Counted from the first letter of the stretch, positions 50,406-63,342 are shown. The stretch is 64,000 nucleotides of DNA from Negaprion brevirostris (GCA_030324005.1 JARDVH010000132.1:88835350-88899349), one strand, 5' to 3'. Made by a program: numbers and translations. The notes: generated by a model not told the origin, from the sequence alone.

Positions 50406-51495
50406 GCAGATGCATAGTTTGGTGAATCAGGTCTGTCCATCAGTGATTTTAGTCTTCAGTATACAGACACACACACACACATACTGCAGTGTGCTTTAAT
50501 GTAGCAATGACTTTGATGTGGTCAACACCTTGACCTTTGTGACAAAAAACAAAACGCTGAGTACAATATCAATAGCGACAGATTTATAACAGATTCTCTC
50601 TTTCTGGTGTTAAAACAGCCCCATGTGACACGATTGGATAGGAAGAAAGCAATTCTGATCACTAGTGTAGAAAAATATCAATAATGTCTACTTTGGCTGT
50701 GGAGCATTTTCACAGTTGCCGTAATAATTGGACTTCATATAGAACCCCGGTGTGAATTGCCAGTTTTATGCTCATGGTTGCTTCATAGCAGTTACCCAAA
50801 TATTGGGTATGATTACCAGTAACATTGACTGGTTCCCAAAATGGGCACAAATTCAGCAAAGTGATATCTCTGCTCACTGTTTCATGCCAGAATGAAACCC
50901 GAGCCAATTCAACATTAGGCCTCATTTACATACCACCCGCAAGGTGTTGGCATCAAACAGGCATCCAGCTGCAGCACGCTAGTCGGCACAGCAACAAATC
51001 AACTGTGCCTCACATGAAGCTGACTGAGTGTTTGGATCTGGGGACAACAGGGACTAGTGGGGGTGATGTTAATAAATAATTGTCTTGAATCAGGAGGAAC
51101 ATTGCTTCATCTTCTGAGTTCAGGAAAGAAATCAGAATGTATTTGATTTTTAGTTTAACAGCCTCCAGCCAGCCTCTTAAGAATTGTTTGCTAATCTGCA
51201 CAGTGCCAACCAATGAAACCAACCAAGATGAAACTAATCAAATCACTCAAACTGATGGCCGTACTAGTGTGTCAATATTGTGACTANNNNNNNNNNACTT
51301 AAAAAGACTGAAATTCAAGGTGGCTTTCAAAGGCCAGTGGATGCAAAATATTATGTTGTCTCAGGAAAGAAGCATCTTCAGTAAGTTCTAGACTGACTTC
51401 TCTCAGTGAGAGTGAGTCCTGCAGAGAGCCATCCACTGCTGCAGTTAGCTAAGCAGCCTAAGTATATTCCCACAATACTGTACAAGAGGAACAAT

Positions 51496-51618
51496 GGCCG
51501 GAGTTCTCCCATCTCGTCTGCAGCGGGGGTACTTCACTGTGGCATTTTGACTGAGTGTCAAATTTTCCATTGTCCTTAGCAGGGGTAGCAGGATGAAGCA
51601 GACTGGAAAATTCCGGCC
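51496..51618. mobile_element. Harbinger-type MITE
   Basis: GGCCGGAGTTCTCC / GGAAAATTCCGGCC, exact TSD AAT/AAT. Confidence 0.75.
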
Positions 51619-52342
51619 AATGACTCTCTCCTCTAAGCTGTTCCCCTACCACATTCACCTAAGTATTCAGTGTCTGAAAGATAAGGGCCTTCACCACCAT
51701 AGAGAAATCCTTGCTTTACAAGATGTCTCACCAAGAAACCTTCAGCCTGCAGCAAAATAGAAGCTGAGTTAAATATCAGTTTTTTCATTTTTTTGTTTCA
51801 ACCATATTTCTTTTCTATGTGATAGTGTGAGTGAGTCATGTGAGTGAGAAACCAAGTTTTTGTTTAACCTCTGGGGCAAGTGTGCATAAAAAACAAAGTG
51901 ACTTCCTTCATTGTTAATACGCAAAGGCTTGCTGCTGAGTTACTTAAAGTAACTCAGTTTTCTGTCCGGTAAGAAAACACACATGTCCACATACAAATAT
52001 ATTTGATCATGTGCAATGAAAGGTCTCACCTTAAAATCATCTATGTCACTGGGAACTAAATTGTGCATTCCAAAGTACAAACTCCCAACCAAATAAACAT
52101 TGAAATTTATTCTTTCCCATAGGTAAAACTATAAAATCATATTTTGTCTCTTGCCCTCACTTTATTCAGGCTTTTGCCTCATCATCTTTTGTTGTCTCAG
52201 AAATTTTGATCTATAATTCACTCCACTCTGTCCCATCATCTTTCTCCTTCATTCAGGGCAGATTTGCCCGCACCCAGTATCTTACTCTATATGTGTGAAA
52301 TGTGGGGTTTATTTTGATTGGGGGTATAAGAAGATCACTTAC

Positions 52343-52455
52343 TTTCCAGAAGGCAATAAACTAACTGGGTTCGGGGAGAGAAAAGATCTTGGCATATATA
52401 AATCATTATAAGGAGTAACGTTAGTTGTAAAGCCACGCAGACTGCAAACAAAGTG
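52343..52455 (-). CDS. Candidate internal exon, 113 nt
   Basis: Strong TTCTATTTTTCCCAG acceptor and GTAAGT donor; two open frames (HFVCSLRGF... or TLFAVCVALQLTLLLIMIYIC...). Confidence 0.35.
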
Positions 52456-52514
52456 CTGGGAAAAATAGAACACACATGCACTTAGAGAAATGTTCAATTT
52501 ATCCCAAACAAAGG

Positions 52515-52644
52515 TGTATTGATCTTTCATGATCTTAGGATTTGCCTTATAGTTAATTAAGTAGTTTTGTGTGGAGTCAGTGTTGTAACGTAGGAATTGT
52601 GAAGCCAATTTACACACTGCAAGCTCCCATAAACAGCAGAGTGA
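52515..52644 (-). mobile_element. Deu-SINE 3' part abutting a gap
   Basis: GTTGTAACGTAGGAA...GCCAATTTACACACTGCAAGCTCCCATAAACAGCA. Confidence 0.75.
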
Positions 52645-53699
52645 NNNNNNNNNNNNNNNNNNNNNNNNNNNNNNNNNNNNNNNNNNNNNNNNNNNNNNNN
52701 NNNNNNNNNNNNNNNNNNNNNNNNNNNNNNNNNNNNNNNNNNNNNNNNNNNNNNNNNNNNNNNNNNNNNNNNNNNNNNNNNNNNNNNNNNNNNNNNNNNN
52801 NNNNNNNNNNNNNNNNNNNNNNNNNNNNNNNNNNNNNNNNNNNNNNNNNNNNNNTTTATTCCCAAGGAAGGTGAGCAGAGTCAGGAAAACTCCTGACACA
52901 CACCTCAGGCAAAATGGGCCTGAACAGCCGGATTTTTGTTCTGGGGTGGTGGTGTTGGGAGACTGCTGGTGTCAGACCCCACTGTCCCCCAGAAGTGTGG
53001 AGCCAGCCGCAAGGGTTGCTGAGTTCCAAGGTGGGCTGCTGGAAAGCCCGTCTTGGTGCTTGGGACTTTGACCCAGTTCTAATAAAAACAGATAGGCACT
53101 CTAGTCTTGCCCCTCACACTTCCTCATCCTCCTATCCACTCCCCCATGCCCCGTCTATGCCAACGTATGCCCAACCCATCCCCCAAAGACCTTCAGATCT
53201 TTCATGCCAACCTATACCCACTAATCATTCTCATTGCCCCTTAGAACATCTATTCCAATTTAGTGCCAACTCACTCAGTATGCAGCATGAGCAGACCTCA
53301 GGACCCTTGCAATTTTTAAAAAGTAATTAAAATTAAAAATAACCCTCTAGCCCTCATCCGTCACACCCCTCTCATTCTCCATCCAAACCAATCAATGCCA
53401 CCTCATGACCTCTATCACAACCCACCGTGGCTGCTTATACTTGCCATGCCAACCAATGTCCTTTTATCCTCTCCTTCTTTGCCATTTATGAACTCTGCCA
53501 CATTAGTGCCAATTCATGCCAACAAATGCACCGTGCTCATTAATCTTTCCCTTGTATCTACCATGTCGTCCAACCCAGTGTCTACCAATAGCAGACCTCA
53601 GGATTCAGGCTGAGATTAAATAAACAAGGTGCTAAGAATTTATTACAGACTTCACTATATTAGGAAGAAGTGTCATTGACAAAGGTCCATCAAGAAGAA

Positions 53700-53825
53700 A
53701 TTATATATAGATCTAGGGGCTGAAGGGATCAAGGGATATGGAGGGAAGGGGGAAATCAGGATATTGAATTTGATGATCAGCCACAATCAGGTAGCCTACC
53801 TCTGCTTCTAGTTTCTATATTTCTA
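53700..53825 (+). mobile_element. CR1 3' tail
   Basis: GGGATCAAGGGATATGG...TGATGATCAGCCA...CTAGTTTCTATATTTCTA. Confidence 0.7.
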
Positions 53826-54379
53826 TAGGTATCTTTGAATTCCTTCAAGCATTTAATCCATTACAAGAACAAACATTTGTTATCATAGCCCCATGTCAAA
53901 GTTAATTCCTTAATCATTTATTTGAACAATCAAACTGTGAACTCACAGGCCCCCAAAGTGATAATGATAGGTTGTGGAAGTAGTCAAGCAGTTATAATAT
54001 TGTAGTGATAGCCACAGGGCTTATGTCAGCAAACAGCTACTATAATTGCAAGTACTAATGTTTTTCAGCTCAGAGACACAGTTGGCTGTTTTTCTTTGAA
54101 GAGCAGGGCATTTAAACATGGCAGCATGACAGTTTTACAGACCTTGTGCACATTCATACCTACTCTTAAAAATTGTAAGTCATACACTGTGGGAAACAAA
54201 TCTTTCTTACAAAAATGATATCTGAACTCAGCACTGAATCACACCTCGCCCTCTTCCCCACCACCCAGTGAAAATGGATCTGTCAGGAATGGAGTAGTAG
54301 GACTTCTGGAACTGGGTTCTGGTACCATTTTGGCTGAGGCCTAGAGTCTCCACAACTCTGCAAAGATTGGAACTTATGA

Positions 54380-54870
54380 AAAAAAATGGAAGCACTGGAG
54401 AGAGTACAGAAAAGATGTACATAACATTTACCTGAATTAGAAATCTGCAACTGTCAGAAAAATACGAGAATTCTTCTGAATAAGTGAAGATTAAGAAAGT
54501 TTTTTTTTAAATTATGAAGGGATTCAATAGGATGGATGTGAAGAAATTGATGCCTGTTGTAGATTAGTCCAGAATAAAAGGGGTATATAAATAAAATAGC
54601 CACTAACCGATCAAGTAGGACTCTGTAGGAAATTTCTTTGCACAGAGTGGTGAAGATGTGGAACTTATTGTCGTATGGAATGATTGAAGCAGATAGCATT
54701 GATGTACTTAAGGCAAGGCTTGATGTAAACATCAGGAAGAAAAGATTAGTGAAAAATGAATTTGGCGAGGGAGCAAGCAAGAGCAGTAATGGTGTAAGGA
54801 GGTTTGAGTATAAAGCACTGACATTGATTCATTAGACTGAACGGTCTGTTTCTATGCTGTAAATTCTACA
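54380..54870 (+). mobile_element. CR1 3' region, decayed
   Basis: Translates HRVVKMWNLL...IEADSIDVLKARLD. Confidence 0.8.
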
Positions 54871-55399
54871 GGAGATCACACTTAGCCCAGTCTCTTATTT
54901 GTTGCCATCATTCACACAAGATTGGCAGCATTTCATGCGAGGACCATTCCTCTCCATCCAGTATTTATTTCCTCCTACTAAGTGAGTATTCTGCATGGGC
55001 AGGTGCCTGTCAGTTCTTGTTATGCACAGTCATTCTCAGGCCTGGCCCAGCTGACACATATTATCCAGAGCTGATGAGAATGCCACGTCTGTGTGGTTTT
55101 CACTGCTGTTTCGTAATGACCCATCTGAGTTTCTTTCCAGCCTGCCCAACCAGTTTTACCTTTCCTTCCTCTCAAATTTAACTCATGCTATCATATCCTT
55201 ACCACCTTCTCCTTCCCAATACACATCCACAACTTGACCTTCTTCCATCTCCCAACTCCATATAAGTATCCATTTCAATATCAAAGTGGGAGAGAGAGTA
55301 GGGCAGGATATAATTCCAATCTTCTATAGTCCTAGTGATACTCTTCCCCACCCCATTATTTTGTCTTATAATGGATTGGTCATTGTTCAAGCCAGTAAA

Positions 55400-55600
55400 G
55401 AGCTTGAGTGGCTCAGTAGATAGCTCTGCTGCCTCTGAGCCAGAAGGTTCTGGATGCCTGTCCCATCCAGGGATATGTTGGCCAGGAAAGAACCAAGCTC
55501 CTGTTGCAGGGAGCAAGTACAGGCCCCAGCCTGGGTGAATAGGAAGGGTTAGTGGCAGAAAAGGCATCTGACTGTAAAAATCACCTGCTAACTCCAAAAA
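55400..55600 (+). mobile_element. tRNA-headed SINE remnant of another family
   Basis: A-box-like GTGGCTCAGTAGATAGC...TCTGAGCCAGAAGGT head with GGGTTAGTGGCAGAAAAGGCATCTGACTGTAAAA downstream. Confidence 0.5.
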
Positions 55601-56394
55601 ATATATATTTGATATAAAGGGATTGAGAGCATCTAAGCTAAAAAGGGTGGTTAAATGAAGAAGCAGTCAAGCCANNNNNNNNNNCCTCCAATTTAGAGCC
55701 AAAGCAACTGGTCACCAAAAATCAATGATTTTAGCTCAAATGGTTCAGGGTGGCAAGGGGTGGTAAGATTGAATAGGCAGAAATAAGTACAAGTTTATTT
55801 ATGTTCAGTTTGAAATGTTGACATTATGAGAAACTGCTGAGGGTAGAACTTCCCTTGCAATTTCTGAATCAAAGTCCAGAATCAATCTTTAATGAAAGGG
55901 TTGTGAAGGGGACTAAATTATCAATATATATGAGCATTATTATACTTTACAGATCAGTTTGTTTCTTCTCTGGATATTTTAGTCATATTTAAATTCCTCC
56001 TGCTCTTTCAGTTGAAATGAGTTCTGAGCAACAGCTCACTTTGTGGGCTGGATTTTCAATCCATGCCCTGATCCTGACACTGGGCTGAGTTCCAGCGGGA
56101 ACCTGATGTGATTTTCAAGGAAGTAGTTAATTAGCTGACTGCCACCGGGAATCCTGTCTGATTCTGGATGGAGGGTAGGCTGCTGAAGCTGGAGGAGCTG
56201 TAGGCAGCTCTCCAGCACAGAAAGATCGACAGCCCCTTTATCAGAGGTGGGAGATGCTGATGTAGGCAGGAGGAAGTGATGGCACCTCAAAATAGAGGTG
56301 CTCACTGAAGACTAGTTTTAAAAAAGTAAAATAACAAGTGGCCACAGATGCTAAATAGTTAATGTGGAGAGTGACCTTCTACAGGGCAGCCTGC

Positions 56395-59300
56395 AGTCAC
56401 AGTGGCACCCAGCTCACAATTGCAGCCACAGAGCGGGGTTCAATATGCTTGGTTGGACGCTGGCATTTGATGTCTGCCTGCATTTATTGGCCAGGATTCA
56501 ACCTCAGCAGACAGCCTTGCTTTTGCACTCTATGCCACTATTTATAAATCCCAGGACCCCTTGTGTATTTTTAGATGCTTTAATAACCTGTTGTACTAAC
56601 TTTAATGATTTGATGTCAGAGCCCTCCAGTTCTCCGTTGCTGTAGTTTTTTTTCAAATTGCTCACTTAATTTGCATTGACTGTCCTCATTCTTCCAAAGT
56701 GTACCATCTCGCACTTCTCTGTATCAAACTTCAACTGTCATTCATCTGCCATTACACCAAACTGTATGTATTTTATTGAAATGTATCACTTTCCTCCTCA
56801 CAGCTCCTAGTATTTGTAAGTTTTGAGTCATTTGGAAATTTTGAAATTGTGCTCTGCACACCAAGCCTGGATTATTAACATATAACAAGAAAAACAGTCC
56901 TTCTATTGCTGACCCCTGGGGAACCTGTTGTCTATCTTCCTCAAAAAAAATAACTGTTCACCGGTACACTCTGTTTCCTGTCACTCAACCATCATTGTAT
57001 CCATGCCTCCACTACTTATTTTGTTCCAAGAGCTTCAACTGTGCTGGCAAGTCTATTGTGTGGCAGTTCATCAAATGCCTTCTAAAAAGCCATAACAGCA
57101 TATCAACTGTATTACTGTCATCAACCATCTCAGTTAGCTCATCAGAAACGCAGTGAAGTTAGTTAAACACCAACAAAAACAGAAACAAAACCAGAAAACA
57201 CTCAAGCGACTCCATGTTGGCTTTCCTGAATTAATCCATACTTGACCAAGTGGCTGTTAATTTTGTCCTGGATTGCTGTCTGCAATGGTTTACCCACCAC
57301 CAAGGTTGACCTGACTGGCCTGAACTTGCTGGGCTTATCATGGCATGTTTTTTTGAATGAAGTTGGAACATTTGCAGTTCTTCAAACCTCTCCTGCCAGT
57401 CTTGTATCTAAGGAGGATTGGAGGACTTGGCCAGTACCACTGTAATTTTTAGCCTCAATTCCCTCTATATCTTATGATGACACCCATCCAGTCTTGGCCA
57501 CTTTTAAATACCTCCTTTATATCAAATTTTAACCCACCCAGTGTCTCAACTAACTCCTCTTTCACAATGATTTGGCAGCATTTTCTTACTTAGTAAAGAC
57601 AGGTACAAAGTACTCGTATAGTATCTCAGCCATGCCTCCTCCCTAATCGGCACCATCCTTTTCTTACTACCCTTTTACAATCTGGATGCTTCCAAATGAC
57701 TTTCACATTTTTTTTACGCTGACTGCTGGCTCTTGTATTCTCACTTTGCCTCTCTCATTTCCTTCCCTCAGAACCTTGTATAATCAGCCTGTTTCTCACT
57801 TGTATTATCAACTTGCTTTCTGGCCTATGCTTCTTTCTTTCTGCTTTCTCTTTACTCTCCATCTCTTGTCATTCAGGCAGCTCTGATAGGCCTTTGGTTG
57901 ACCTATCTTTCCCTTCTGTGGGAATGTGCCTCAGCAATCCTTGAACAATCTCCTCTCTAAAAACAAACCTGTTGGTACTGAAATCTGAAACAAATGCTGG
58001 AAAATCTCAGCTGGTCTGACAGCATCTGCTCAGACGAAGGGTCATCCTGACTCAAAACGTTGACTCTATTTTCTCTCCTCAGATGCTGTCAGACCAGCTG
58101 AGATCTTCCAGTGATTTCTGTTTATGAATCTCCTCTTTAGTTTCATTACAGATTTACCTGCTGCTCTTTGATTTCACTTTACTTTGGACAAGTCTGTTCT
58201 CATTTCAGAGAAATGTGCCCTCCTCCATTCTCATCCTTTTTGTTTACTTTAGATTGCAAATTGCCCTTTTCCATTGTTAAACCTCATGTTACAATGATCA
58301 CTGTTCCTAAAAATTCCATGACTCGCAGTTTACAAGAACACAAACTGGGAACAGGTCCCTTGAGCCTGCTCCATCATTCAGTAACAATCCTGATTTGATT
58401 CTGTCCTTAACTCCAACCAGTAAATTATTTGCCTTACTATTTCTTATTTCCACTTAAACTGATTTGGATTTTTGAAGCCAAGATAACTTTTCATTGCTGC
58501 ACTGATCTGCTCACTTATTAAGATAGCTACATCGCTTCATCTTCATTTTCTTTCTTCCTTTCCAAAATGTCCAGATGCCCCTGATTTTTCACCTTCCAGC
58601 AATGGTCACCTTGCAATCACATCTTTGTAAAAGTTCTCATTTCGTACCCATTTACTTGAATTTTTGCTATCAATTCATCCATCATGTTAAGAATGCTGAG
58701 TGCATTCAGATAAAGAGCCAATAATTCTGACTTCTCACCATTTCACCTGCTCTGACCCGATCTGCTAGTGCACTCTGTTCTGTCCCACTCTGGTTATCAT
58801 TTGTCACATCACTACCCTGAATTATTGCCTTGCCTTTTCTTGTTAGTGTCGTAAGTCTCCCCTCACGTGAAGCCGCCCCCTCCCCTTTATTATTTAGTTT
58901 AAAGCCCTCTTGATCCACTTCATTTACCAAAACTGGGTTCAGCAATGCCTCCTCCCTTCTTGGGCTGGAAACATAATGGTGAAGAAAACTCTCCTGAGCA
59001 AAATTCAGCACTCTTCCTCCTCTCTGCCCTTATTTCTATCCCAGTCTGTAGCAGGATATATCCCTCATCATTACCACTCTTTCAGTTTTGCGTTTCTCTA
59101 ATTTCCTTGCAAATTTCTCCCTCTCTATCCTCACTGGTAGGTGGCTAATAGAATACATCCCAGTAGTGTAATGTCATCTCCGTGATTTCTTAACTCAATT
59201 GATTCAGTCCTTTGCCTTTCTATTCTCGAAATGTAATATTCTCCTTAGTCATTACAGCCGCTCACCACTTTGCTTTAAATTCCTATCTTTCCTGAACATG

Positions 59301-59600
59301 TGTTCCGGAATATTTAGCACTCAGTCCTGCCCTTTTTTGAGTACCGTCCCATTTATTGCCCATGTGGCTGTATGCACCAGCAGCTTACAACCTTTTGTAC
59401 TGCACTTTGATTGTAAACACGTATGCAGGTATTATAAATCGCATTTGCACCACCTTGCATTACCTCCTGGTCTGACTCCCACAATATCTAAATATCCCTT
59501 ACTCTAATGCAATCTGCATCTCTCAACCCTTTGTGAACCTTCTTTACCCTTCCTAGTGCTGTATTCTGTTCCCATTCCTCTGCCAAATGTACTTTAGCCC
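56395..59600 (-). mobile_element. Long decayed CR1 LINE (RT and endonuclease regions)
   Basis: GACCCCTGGGGAAC (GVPQGS motif), TCAAATGCCTTCT (KAFD motif), and QESFLHHYVSSPRREEALLNPVLVNE. Confidence 0.85.
57979..58123. mobile_element. Penelope-like inverted terminus with a hammerhead-like loop, inserted in CR1
   Basis: Perfect 25-bp arms 58004-58028 / 58080-58104; loop CAGACGA-AGGGTC-ATCCT-GACTC-AAAACGTT. Confidence 0.75.
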
Positions 59601-59702
59601 TCATGCACAGCACCAGCAAATACTTGAAGATGTGAACAAAGCTCAGGAGTAGTAGTAGTACTGACTGATCAAAAGTCACCTCCAGCATTCAACTGGTCTT
59701 AC

Positions 59703-59808
59703 TTTGTTTTGCGAGCACATATGTTTCTGGGAGCAGTTCAGAAAACATGTTTTGTACGAATGTAATAGTGTTTGTGCTGTGAGATAAGCAGTGAAATCTG
59801 TTGGAGAT
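59703..59808 (-). CDS. Candidate internal exon, 106 nt
   Basis: TTTTTATTTCAG acceptor, GTAAGA donor, two open frames; the acceptor resembles a Penelope terminus and could be repeat-derived. Confidence 0.28.
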
Positions 59809-61004
59809 CTGAAATAAAAACTTTGGTAATGAATGGAACACCAGTGAACAATTGGAACAATGTTGCTGCTTCAGTTGGGAGTATTAGTCAGGTAGCAGAG
59901 TTTTTGCAGAGGATAGATCAGAGAGAACACATTTTAGAGCCAAACTATTTACAAAACGTACCCCAGCACTATAAAAAGATCTCCTCACCTTCGTAGTTAA
60001 GATAACTTTAATACTCTTAACCAGAATCAAGAATACAGAGTTAAATCTCGACCTCACTTCACTTTTGCTTTATAATTGTTGCAGAGGTGAACGAGTCTGC
60101 TAACTTTCATAGGGTAGTTAAAAGGTTTGTTGCAGGTATGAGGGGATAAGAACATACAAATTAGGGGTATAAAGAGGCCGCTTTGCTCCTCAAACCTGCT
60201 CCACCCTTTAATATTATGATGGCTGATCTGATTGTAATCTCAACTCCACATTCCTGTAGACCACAAAATGTATGGTCATTCCTTTACAAATGTCCTCATA
60301 GTAAATAAATTGTTAAATGATGAGTGGAACTTAACCGAACTCACATTTTAATTAAAGTGGCCTAAGGGCTTGAACAAGGGATTTTTGTTTAACTATTGGA
60401 TTGCTGCCTTTCAGAATATTGTTTGCTCACTTCAAATAGCATTTGAAACAGAAATGCCTCATGGAATTTATTGGTACATTAAAATAACTAGGCAAGGGTA
60501 GCCTGCCCAACAGAAGAACAGCTGTCCCTCAATCATCTAACCATCAATTGGCCATGAGTCAACAGGAACAGGAAGCCCTGCCTCAGAGAGTTGCTGGCGA
60601 ATCGAAGGACATCAGCTCTCCAGTACTGGCTGCATCACCTGGAATGCTGGCCACTGTCAGTATTTCACTTGTGGCTCGAGGAGACATCCAGTGATGCATC
60701 AGGACTTGTTAAGTGTTTGGGGATCAGGTTTGAGTCCTTAGGGAAAGGGGAAATGAGGGTGGGGAGAAGTGGGATAGCATCAACACCATGGGGGAGGCCT
60801 TCCATTGGGCTTCGAGGGCCTATTAAGAAGGAACCTCTTCCCCACGAGTCAGCCTCCAGTGAAGGGGAATCTGTCAGGCTGGCGGACTTGGTATGGACCT
60901 CTCCTTCTGCTGACAGGCAATTATGTGACATTAATTGCCACCTAAGGATTTCAAATGGCCCACCGTTGGATGTGTCACTGGATGCCAATCCACTACGGAT
61001 AAAG

Positions 61005-61078
61005 GTTAAAGTTTATTTGTTAGTCACAAGCAGGCTTACATTAACACTACAATGAAGTTACTGTGAAACTCCCCTATT
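61005..61078 (-). mobile_element. Isolated alternative SINE/LINE tail
   Basis: AAAGTTTATTTGTTAGTCACAAGCAGGCTTACATTAACAC...GAAGTTACTGTGAAA, the reverse complement of the tail at 62845-62915. Confidence 0.85.
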
Positions 61079-61898
61079 GCTTAGGGAGCAGGAGTGGGCA
61101 GTTTCTGGCAGGCAGGGGACACAGTCTGTTGTATTTTGAGTATCAGTTCATGGTTCATCTATTCACAATTGTCCTTGATATAGACTCTTGTTGAAAATCT
61201 ATTGCATACCCTAGTAAACCCTGGTGCTCAAATTATTACACTGTTGTCAAGGACTCAGCTGAGTATTTCAAATTTACCAGATCAAAGTTAATTAAACAGG
61301 GCTAGAATTTCCATGAAGTTCTCGCCCCATCTCCTTCCGCAAGGACGATCAGCAGAGGGCCTCACAAAAATGACAATGTTCCTTTAAGCTTTCCACCAAT
61401 CGTCCACTGAAGCAACAGTTATGTGGAAATGCAACCCCACAGCCGCTTATCGTTCCTCTAAAAGAAAATATTTCTCTTTCAAAAAAAAGTTGATTAATCT
61501 TAAAAATAAATTAGTTAGCCTTAAAACATATTGATTTGGTAGATTATGTAGATTTGTGGATTCTATATTAACACATGATCAATGTTCAGTCCGTGTCATT
61601 GTATCAACATCTATTTTGTCCATTATAAAACTCACTGAAAATATTTTTAACTTGAAGTGCAACTCTATTGCATTATGCCTTGTTGTAACAATTCTTGCAC
61701 AGATTTTATGATTTTTGTCATGAAATGACTGTGGAAGTAAATCGAAACTTCTGCAGTGCATAGCAGGTTCAACTGATTATCCTAAGGCAACAAAACTCTC
61801 ATTAAAATTCACGTTTTTTTCTCTCCACTTTCAATCCAACTGTGTTTTAAATAAGATAAGTCAGGAACAGACAACTGATATGATACTGATCTTCATAC

Positions 61899-62031
61899 TG
61901 TAGGCTGACCATGACGCAAACTTGTGAGTTATCTGCTGGACCACCTTTGAGCTATCTGCTGGCTGTGAAGCATCTTCTGTTTCACTGACTTTAACATGTT
62001 GCTTCCTCTGCTGCACAAACCTTGAATGTGT
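61899..62031 (-). CDS. Candidate internal exon (THSRFVQQRKQHVKVSETEDASQPADSSKVVQQITHKFASWSAY)
   Basis: TTGCTTTCTGCAG acceptor, GTATGA donor, single open frame (phase 0 to 1). Confidence 0.3.
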
Positions 62032-62637
62032 CTGCAGAAAGCAACTATCCAAGCTTGAATAAGGAGTACAAATATATATGGTGAACTTTTGCTTGACTAT
62101 CTTCAGGAGTCAGTGGTTAAATAGTGGAACACTTTCCATGATGGGATGGCTCTCAAAATAATAAATGATTTTTTTCTTGACTCACACTTGCTAACCTTTG
62201 CTCTTTATTTTATTACGTGGGTTGGAAGGAAACATTGCACCATTAAGTTGTAAATTTTGAGTTAATTTATGCATGCTGGAAATATAAAGTAGTTTATATG
62301 GGAACATGTCACTGTTCTATTTGCCTACACCTTCTTATTCTTCTGAATAAATACAAATCACAGCAAACAGTGCACATTGTCTTCTATAGGAAAATTTATA
62401 ATTATATTTAAGTCTGTGTTTTCTACAAGTTAACCAAAGAATTATACCATCAAAGGACAGCTCTTTGTCTTGACTGATGGTGTGTATCTTGGAAATAGGG
62501 AGAGGAAAGAGATTGACCAACTTAAGGTTGAGAAGATGAAGATTTGTGAAAGTGTTCTGACAATATTTTTAAAGGTTTGCCCTGGAGATGCAAAAACTCC
62601 CAGTAAAGACAGATTGACTGTCCTTCCCATTCATGTG

Positions 62638-62915
62638 CAGCATGGTGGCACAGTGGTTAGCACTGCTGCCTCAGAGTGCCGGGGACCCAGGTTTAATTCC
62701 CAGCTTGGGTCACTGTCTGTGTGGAGCCTACATGTTCTCCCCGTGTCTGCATGGGTTTCCTCCTGGTGCTCCGGTTTCCTCCCACAGTCCAAAGATGTGC
62801 TGGTTAGATGCATCGACCTGAACAGGTGCTGGAATGTGGCGACTAGGGGAATTTCACAGTAACTTCATTGCCGTGTAATGTAAGCCTTACTTGTGACCAA
62901 TAAATAAACTTTAAA
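62638..62915 (+). mobile_element. V-SINE with the alternative 3' tail
   Basis: HE1 head and body, then GTGGCGACTAGGGGAATTTCACAGTAACTTCATTG...AATAAATAAACTTT. Confidence 0.9.
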
Positions 62916-63042
62916 CTTTATTTATCCTGAGAAGGTGACATGGAACCTTTCCCTTGAACTACTTCAGTCCAGGTACTGATGATACTCCTACCATGTGTTA
63001 GACTGCTAATGCTAGGATATTTATTCACTGTCATTGTGAAGT

Positions 63043-63342
63043 GATATAGTGGTTAGCACTGCTGCCTCATAACGCCAGGGACCCAGGTTCAATTCCGGCC
63101 TTGGTCGCTGTCTGAGTGGAGTTTGCACTTGCTTCCTGTGTCTGTGTGGGTTTTCTCCCACAGACCAAGGATGTGCCAGTGTGTTGGATTGTCCATAAGT
63201 TGACCCTAGTGTCAGGGGGATTAGCTAGAGTATTTGTGTGGGAGTTACGGGAATAGGCATGAGTGGGATAATGATGGGTCAAGCTTGATGGGCCAAATGG
63301 CCTCATTCTGAACTATAGAGGTTCTACGATTTCTATGATTCT
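63043..63342 (+). mobile_element. HE1-type V-SINE
   Basis: A and B boxes, body, TTCTATGATTCT tail. Confidence 0.9.

Noticed and set aside
1569-52899. Long ORFs containing X runs (for example 17847-18752, 47807-48430)
   Set aside because: They stay open only because they read through N-gaps.
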